The notes beneath the pieces were generated by a model, which saw only the letters and a list, made by a program, of their open reading frames with translations, was not told the DNA's origin and made no database searches. Positions 56,500-64,000 of a DNA stretch of 64,000 nucleotides are shown one piece after another; the stretch's first letter is position 1; each line of letters begins with the position of its first letter. This DNA comes from Octopus vulgaris. Lineage: Eukaryota. The translations under genes were made by a program, and so were the position numbers. Location: positions 98,890,001-98,954,000 of the forward strand of contig OX597815.1 in the NCBI GenBank assembly GCA_951406725.2, given 5' to 3'.

Positions 56500-57041
56500 G
56501 AGTGAGAGAGCAGTGCATGCCATCAAAGTGACACTGGGGTAAAATATACGAAGCCCAGTATACCCGTCATGACTACCCGTCTGATAAGGGTACATTAGGC
56601 ACATGCATTACAAACATATGTGCGCGACATGGTGATCTCATATGAAGATAAACAGCACATGACCTTGCAGGTGGGGCCCAGTTAGAATTTTCTTCTGGTC
56701 AAGTAGCCCATCCTGCTCAAAAGGTCCCTGAATAAGGGTTGTTTAAGGATTTTGAACGAAACACCCATGTTTCCAGAGGTGAATTATTCAAACCCAAAAG
56801 AATCCCTCTCAACACATGGCTATGATGCTCTCCCACTATTTCTGCTCGTGATCAGAGATGCACATATTGTCAGCCACTAAGGGACATGCTCAACTGGTTA
56901 AGCTCAAACAACTGACAAGCAAATATGTGGTATTGAGCAGAATATTTGCTGTAGCCCATCTTTTATACCAAGACAAAACAATGTACATGATAACACTTTC
57001 AACCAGTTAAGATGAGAAGCCATGAGAGCCACTGCCTGGTA
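56500..57041. mobile_element. Non-coding element of about 560 bp inserted in (ATT)n, copy 3
   Basis: Similarity to copies 1 and 2. Confidence 0.85.
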
Positions 57042-57167
57042 TACTATTATTATTATTATTGTTGTTTTTGTTGTGGTTGTTGTTGTTGTTGTTGTTATTA
57101 TTATTATTACCATTATTATTATTATTATTATTATTAATATCATTGTTATTATTATTATTGCTATTAC

Positions 57168-57225
<58 letters not shown>

Positions 57226-57239
57226 ATTTTATTCTTTTA

Positions 57240-57620
57240 TTCTTTTAAAGGTTTATGTCATCAGACTATAGCCATGCTGGGAATTTTTCTAGAATAAATC
57301 GATCCCAGCACATATTTGTTTTTAAATCCGGTACTTATTCTATCGTCTCAATGTTTTGCGGAACCGCTAAGCCCCAGTGCCATAAATACAACAACACCGG
57401 CTGTTAAACGTTGGTGGGGGACAAACACGGACGCATAGTAGGATACAAACATATATACATCTAACATATACAACGGGCTTATTTCAGTTTCTGTCAACCA
57501 AATCCACTCGCAAGGCTTTAGTCGGCCCGAGACTATAATAGAATATATATGCCCAAGGTGCAGGCAGTGGGACTGAACACGGAACAACGTGGCTAGAAAT
57601 CAAGCTTCTTACCACAGAGA
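57240..57620 (-). mobile_element. SINE family A
   Basis: CAAATCCACTCGCAAGGCTTTAGTCGGCCCGAGACTATA...GCCCAAGGTG...GGGACTGAAC. Confidence 0.8.
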
Positions 57621-57674
57621 CTTCTATTATCATTATTATTATTATTATTATGATTATTATTATTATTATTATTG

Positions 57675-57735
<61 letters not shown>

Positions 57736-57751
57736 CAGCAGCAGCAGTAAA

Positions 57752-57983
57752 GGCGGCGAGTTGGCAGAAACGTTAATGCGCCGGGCGAAATGCTTAGCGG
57801 TATTTCGTCTCTTTTAACGTTCTGAGTTCAAATTCCGCCGAGGTCGACTTTGGCTTTCATTCTGTCGGGGTCGATAAAATAAGTACCAATTACGCACTGA
57901 GGTCGATGTAATTGACTTAATCCGTTTGTCTGTTCTTGTTTTTCCTCTCTATGTCTAGCCCCTTTTGGGCAATAAAGAAATAA
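57752..57983 (+). mobile_element. SINE family D (Meta/MESC-domain-like)
   Basis: A box TGGCAGAAACG and B box GAGTTCAAATTCC, then GGTCGACTTTGGCTTTCATTCTGTCGGGGTCGATAAAATAAGTACC resembling the Meta/MESC domain. Confidence 0.8.
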
Positions 57984-58109
57984 GTAGTAGTAGCAGGAGC
58001 AACAGCAGCAGCAGTAATAGCAGTATTAGCAGTACCAGCAGCAGCACAAGTAGCAGCAGCAGCAGCACAAGTAGCAGCACCAGCAGCAGCACCAGTAGCA
58101 GCACTAGCT

Positions 58110-58173
<64 letters not shown>

Positions 58174-58175
58174 CA

Positions 58176-58398
58176 GGCGGTTAGCTGGTAGAATCGTTAG
58201 CACGCCGGACAAAATGCTTAGCGGCATTTCGTCCATCTATAGGTTCTGAGTTCAAATTCCGCCGAGGTTGATTTTGCGTTTCAACCTTTTGGAGTCGATG
58301 AAATAGGTACCCGTTGAGCAGTGAGGTCAATGTAATTAACTACTTCCCCCACCCCACCCCACAAAATTCAGGTTTTGTACCTATATCAGAACTGATTA
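58176..58398 (+). mobile_element. SINE family D
   Basis: Second copy after (AGT)n with the same head and central domain. Confidence 0.8.
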
Positions 58399-58912
58399 TT
58401 CTTTTTAATAGTTGCTGCTCTTCGTTTAGATGTGCTCAAATTCCGAAGCAATATGTCAGAATTTTATTTCACTTTCCGTTTTACTTCACATAAAGATTTA
58501 TATTTAAGTCATTAAAAGATTCTTCGCTTTCTCGTGTAAAAAAAAAAAACGGGCAATTTTTAAAATTATTTCCATTCTTATTCAGCCATCTAAAGCTATG
58601 GTATAAAAATGGGTTCTTCGATCCTCAGATCTGCTACTCACGAAAGTTACAGTTAACAAATCAAAATAATCACCAAGTAAATATACTGGAAAAAATGTAG
58701 AATATGCAAATGAAAAGTTTTAAAAAGTGGCAAAAAAGTAAAATATAATTCACACCGTAAAATACAGGAGGAAAATAGCACGTTAAATAAAACAAAATCA
58801 ATCTAATACAGTCAAACTTAAATATGCTTCAAAATAAATATATATATGTGCCTAACTACATAATCGCACCTCCATATACGTATATGCGTACATACATGAT
58901 AACGTAAATGCT

Positions 58913-58989
<77 letters not shown>

Positions 58990-59014
58990 ATGTATACATA
59001 TATGTGTATGTATG

Positions 59015-59045
<31 letters not shown>

Positions 59046-59472
59046 TATATATATATATGTATATATGTATAGATATATGTATATATGTATAGATATATGT
59101 GTATGTATGTATATATATATAAATATATATATATATATTATATATATATATGTATATATGTATAGATATATGTATATATGTATAGATATATGTGTATGTA
59201 TGTATATATATATAAATATATATATATATTCTTCCATATATATATTTATTACATGCATATATACATGCATATATATGTACGTGTATATACATGTATATAC
59301 ATGTATATGTAAATACATTTATATATATATATATACATATATATATATACATATATATATACAGTCGCACGCGCGCGCGCACAGGCACACACATAAACAC
59401 AAACATATTCACATATATATAATCGTACGTATATATATCTACGTATGCATGAACATGTATATACACTCACAG

Positions 59473-59594
<122 letters not shown>

Positions 59595-61854
59595 ATATAT
59601 ATGAAACATGTACGCGGCATTTGTAAAGAGAGTGTTGCTAAAAGATGTAACTACATACACGCTTTGCAACGTCTGCAATTTGTATGGCATGTACCTCCTG
59701 CATTGAGCACACAATACTGATACTAGAGTTAGACAGCCATTATTCTCTCGCTATTCATCTTTGTCTCATTTCTGACCTAGAACCAACCATAACACGTGTA
59801 TTTCTTTTCCAAAGATCAGGTCACAATTCTTTTCCTATGAGGGCAAATTGCAAAACCGACGAACCATTAAAAATAAAAAGCGTATAAATAAATAGATAAC
59901 AAGAACAATTAATTCTTGTTTTCTCTCGTTGACCTGCTTTGTAGCCTTTATCACATATTCTTTTAGGCATTAGGTATGATTGTTTGTTTTAAACGAACTC
60001 CTCTTTTCTACAGACGAGGGAAATAAAGACAAGTAAAAGAAATCACAAACGAACATAAAAATAACAAGCGAGGAAGCAGTGTTTCTTTTGTTGTTGAGTT
60101 TCTTCTAGTTCCCTTATTAGCCACTGTAATCACTTCCGAATATTCTTGTTCAAATCTCAAGTGGCGTGTTTGATGTACGTTAGCATTGCTTGAGTGATTG
60201 TAGACAGCATCGATTCAAAACGGACTTTCCCACTGAGCAGGCGGACATTCCGGGTTTATTCCTTAGAATTCAAACGGACTCCCACCAACGAAACATTGTG
60301 TGTGAGTTTATAATGTCTGTCTAGACGTTATCAGCTGGTGATCCTAATTTTGCTGAGTGACACACGAAGTTGTTAAATACTTACTAGCTGATCCTCGTCT
60401 CTTACTGCTCTCGCTCTAATTTCACCTCTTCTGACATCTTGACAATCTTCATCTTTACGTACATTTCTCCCCCACCTACTACAAACTAACAATGTTTTAA
60501 TGTTTCTTATTTATCTGCACGCCTCTTCCTGTACGCACCCACCGATTTTCTTCCTGTTGTATATTCTTTAAGATCTCCGCCAATTGAAGAGTTCTTCAGT
60601 ATACAAATAATCTGATATCAATGGGATATCAAGGTTCAGGATTAATGGAGATAATATTAATGTTATCCATTCAATTCAAACTACATTATAATGTGAAAGG
60701 CGGTAGTGCATTTTTTTATATTATTTTCTCTTTAGCAATTGAGTTTGATATTCATATACCTACATAGATACACAGATACATACACACACATACTCTAATG
60801 TACCAATACATACATATATATATATTTACATATATACATATGTGTGGGTGTGTGTATGTATATATATACATATATATATATGCATATATATGTATATATA
60901 TATATATACATACATATATATATATATACATATATATACATATATATATATATTCATACTTATATATATATATATACATACAAACATACATTCATAATTA
61001 AATATAGATATACATATATCTGTGAGTATATATCTATATGTATGTACAGATAGGTATAAATATTTATATCTATAAATAAGTATAAATGTGTGCGTATACA
61101 TATACACGCGCTCGCGTGCATGCACACGCAAACACTTGTTTATGTATATTACACACATACACACATATATATAGGTGTAGGTGCATGTGAGTGCATGTGC
61201 GTGCATCAATTAAACAGAATTAACTCAAAAAAATTAACTAATGTCACCTGTATATGAACAACACAGCATAAATACCTGGTTCATTAAAATTATCTTGGTG
61301 ATGTGTTCCAGTTACCAAAATTCGATTAAGAACAAACCCGTAGAAGATGCTGGAGGAGAGAATGTCAAGTTTCGAGTATAATGCGAGGCTGACATGTCTT
61401 CGAATTTATTTTCTGAAGATAATTTTATTTTCTGAAGATGAGAGGACGGTTCTGGATAGTTATTCCTTCCTCAATAGGTGTCATCAGCAAAACCATTGTC
61501 CTAATCTATCTCCAGTAGAACAAGAAGCGTATGCATATAGAAAAAGATTATGAAACATTCATGACATATGTAATTTGCCTACATCCTATCATGTAAAACA
61601 GCTGAATCTGGTAACCGTCAATTGAGATGCCATGCCTCCCATTTTTTCCAAATATGTATTATTATAAAAGTCCTATGATATCTGACATCCGTAACTGTTT
61701 ATGAGAAATATGGTTTAAAGAGTAGTAGTACAGTATACAATATGAACACTTTTATCATATCGATATCTTCTTCCTCTTTCTTTGATGTACCTCTACGAAA
61801 ATATCTACACAGCAATCCAGTCTTACAATGCTTGTTACTCTGTATCACCTAGTC

Positions 61855-62009
61855 TGTAGTGTGGCTTTGTGGTAAGTAGCTTCCTTACCAACCAGTTCAG
61901 TCCCACTGCGTGGCACTTTCGGCAAGTGTCTTCTACTATAGCCTCAGGCCGACCAAAGCCTTGTGAGTGGATTTGGTAGACGGAAACTGAAAGAAGCCCA
62001 TCGTATATA

Positions 62010-62050
<41 letters not shown>

Positions 62051-62445
62051 ATGTATGTGTGTTTATATGTTTGTGTGTCTGTGTTTGTACCCCCAACATC
62101 GCCTGACAACCGATGTTGGTGTGTTTATGTTCCCGTAACTTAACAGTTCAGCAAAAGACGCTGATAGAATAAGTACTGGGCTTATAGAGAATAAGCCCTG
62201 GGGACGATTTGTTCGACGAAAGGCGGTGCACCAGCATGGCTGCATTCAAATTACTGAAACGAATAAAAGAATAGCGCAGGAGTGGCTGTGTGGTAAGTAG
62301 CTTGTCTACCAACCACATGGTTCCGGGTTCAGTCCCACTGCGTGGCACCTTGGGCAAGTGTCTTCTACTATAGCCTCGGGCTGACCAAAGCCTTGTGAGT
62401 GGATTTGGTAGACGGAAACTGAAAGAAGCCTGTCGTATATATGTA
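61855..62445 (+). mobile_element. Full SINE family A (about 61855-62272) followed directly by a second, head-only copy (62273-62445)
   Basis: Second head GCGCAGGAGTGGCTGTGTGGTAAG...GGTTCAGTCCCACTGCGTGGCACCTTGGGCAAGTG is the best preserved in the window. Confidence 0.88.
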
Positions 62446-62699
62446 TATGTATATTTTAAACGTATTTTTGTTTTGTTTGTTTATTTTCCTTTAAATCTTA
62501 CCTACTGAAGAGTAGAAATTCAACCTTTGTGATTTTCTCTTTAAGGAAATCTTGGTCCTTTTGTCAGAAACAATTGTCAGGGAATACGAAATAAAAGGAT
62601 AATCCATTTTAGTATCCAATCTACTTGATTTCATTTATTTGATAAAAATTTTTTGAACTTTGATCAATTAAGTCTTATAATATGTGTTCATATATATAG

Positions 62700-62940
62700 A
62701 ACTAGTGGTTAGGGGTTTGCACTCACCTTTTTACAATCGTGATTTCAATTGCTAAACTGGGTGGTACGGTTGTGTTCTTGGCCGAAACGCTTCGTCTCAC
62801 ATAGCTCTGTCATCACTTCAAAACCTGTCGCGTGGTGCACCGTGCACCTATTCAGACAACGTCGATCTGATGGAAAGAGCAAGCTAATGTGCGGCACGAA
62901 TATTTGATCGCTATAAACACATCATTTGTGCAGGTCATAT
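62700..62940 (+). mobile_element. Old tRNA-derived SINE with CORE-like segment
   Basis: TAGTGGTTAGGG...GATTTCAATTGC head and TGTGTTCTTGGCCGAAACGCTT, similar to the family C head. Confidence 0.5.
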
Positions 62941-62999
62941 TATCTCGCAAATTGTTTCAATCTTGGCGGTTTCAGTGCAAGATGGCATGGACAAGTGGC

Positions 63000-63300
63000 T
63001 TGTAATATTGACCCGAGTCAATAACTGCATCGTTTAAGTATTTCGTACACGGAAGCTGTCTGAAAGCCCGTTGTTTATATATTCAAATGTACGTATGTGT
63101 CTTTGTGTTTATGTTTGTTGTCCCTACCGCTTGACAAGTAGTCCTAGTCTGTTCACATTCCTTTAAATTTGCTGTTCGTCAAACAGAACCGACAAAGTAA
63201 ACAGCAAGTTTCAGATAAGTACTGGCGTCGATTTGTTAGACTAAATCTACAATACAACGCTGCAGCGTGGCCGCAGTAAATTATTGAAACAAGTAATATA
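63000..63300 (+). mobile_element. Highly diverged SINE family A remnant
   Basis: CTGAAAGCCCGTTG...CGCTTGACAA...TAAGTACTGGCGTCGATTTG...GCAGCGTGGCCGCAG. Confidence 0.6.
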
Positions 63301-63541
63301 TAAAGAGGAATATGCACGAACATCCGTCATCTGAGGCAGTTATTAACAGTACACGTTTCAGATTCATCTCCTTTGATTTTATATATATATCCAACACATC
63401 CTGACTGATATTTATAAATATAATAGTACTTTGGTATCATCGATTAATGCTACCCCACGAAGACATAAAATGTACATAAACATTGGAAATTCTGTTGACT
63501 ACGACAAAATTCTATGAAAAAAAAAATGAAATGATCATAAT

Positions 63542-63544
<3 letters not shown>

Positions 63545-63609
<65 letters not shown>

Positions 63610-63653
63610 TAATAATAATAATAATAATAATAATGATGATAATGATAATGATA

Positions 63654-63690
<37 letters not shown>
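63545..63690. repeat. (AAT)n to (GAT)n compound microsatellite
   Basis: Direct reading. Confidence 0.95.
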
Positions 63691-63691
<1 letters not shown>

Positions 63692-64000
63692 ATCATCGAA
63701 GCCAAAACATACATCTTGAAACGAAATATTCAATAGAAATATATTGAAAGTGGTATACAAGTGTAAAATGGAAGTATTTATCGTCTCTATATAATTTCTT
63801 CTGAATTTGGACTGGTTCCAGAGTCTTGTTGACGTTATCAATAGGCTGACCTTATCAATATGCAGACAGTTACCCTCAATGTAAATACATTCGTGTATTG
63901 TTGAAATAATCTATTCTAGATGTATTGACCATTTGTAAAAAAGAATTTGTTTTTGTGATGTTGTTTTAGTTTATTTCTTTGTTTGTGGTTTTTCTTTTTA

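Noticed and set aside
59010-59225. Tandem duplication of about 100 bp in TA-rich sequence (similar case at 36300-36420)
   Set aside because: Ordinary slippage or duplication within low-complexity DNA; not CRISPR-like and has no unique spacers.
59880-60600. Repeat-free, slightly CpG-richer island as promoter or first exon
   Set aside because: No diagnostic motif set or ORF; cannot be supported from sequence alone.

Overview
AT-rich, microsatellite-saturated animal DNA. The SINE repertoire and simple-repeat load suggest an octopus/cephalopod genome (inference). No intact host protein-coding gene is supportable: nearly all listed ORFs are translations of simple repeats or broken transposons. 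The window holds decayed mobile elements: Tc1/mariner superfamily DNA transposons (mariner, Tc1, maT-like, rosa-like), a Helitron remnant, R4/Dong-like RLE LINEs in (TAA)n tracts, Penelope-like element (PLE) fragments, several tRNA-derived SINE families and a foldback/MITE-like inverted repeat. The main signal is at the RNA level. Between about 17.6 and 28.4 kb, three sequence-unrelated repeats carry type I hammerhead ribozyme (HHR) folds with a tiny stem III and an unusually long (47-60 nt) stem II. They are an inverted pLTR pair around a GIY-YIG remnant (two intact HHRs), a very young non-coding 600-nt partial tandem (intact HHR, retrozyme-like) and a 469-nt partial tandem (decayed HHR). A minimal HHR-like variant is also present. 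All folds were read by eye; none was computed or tested.
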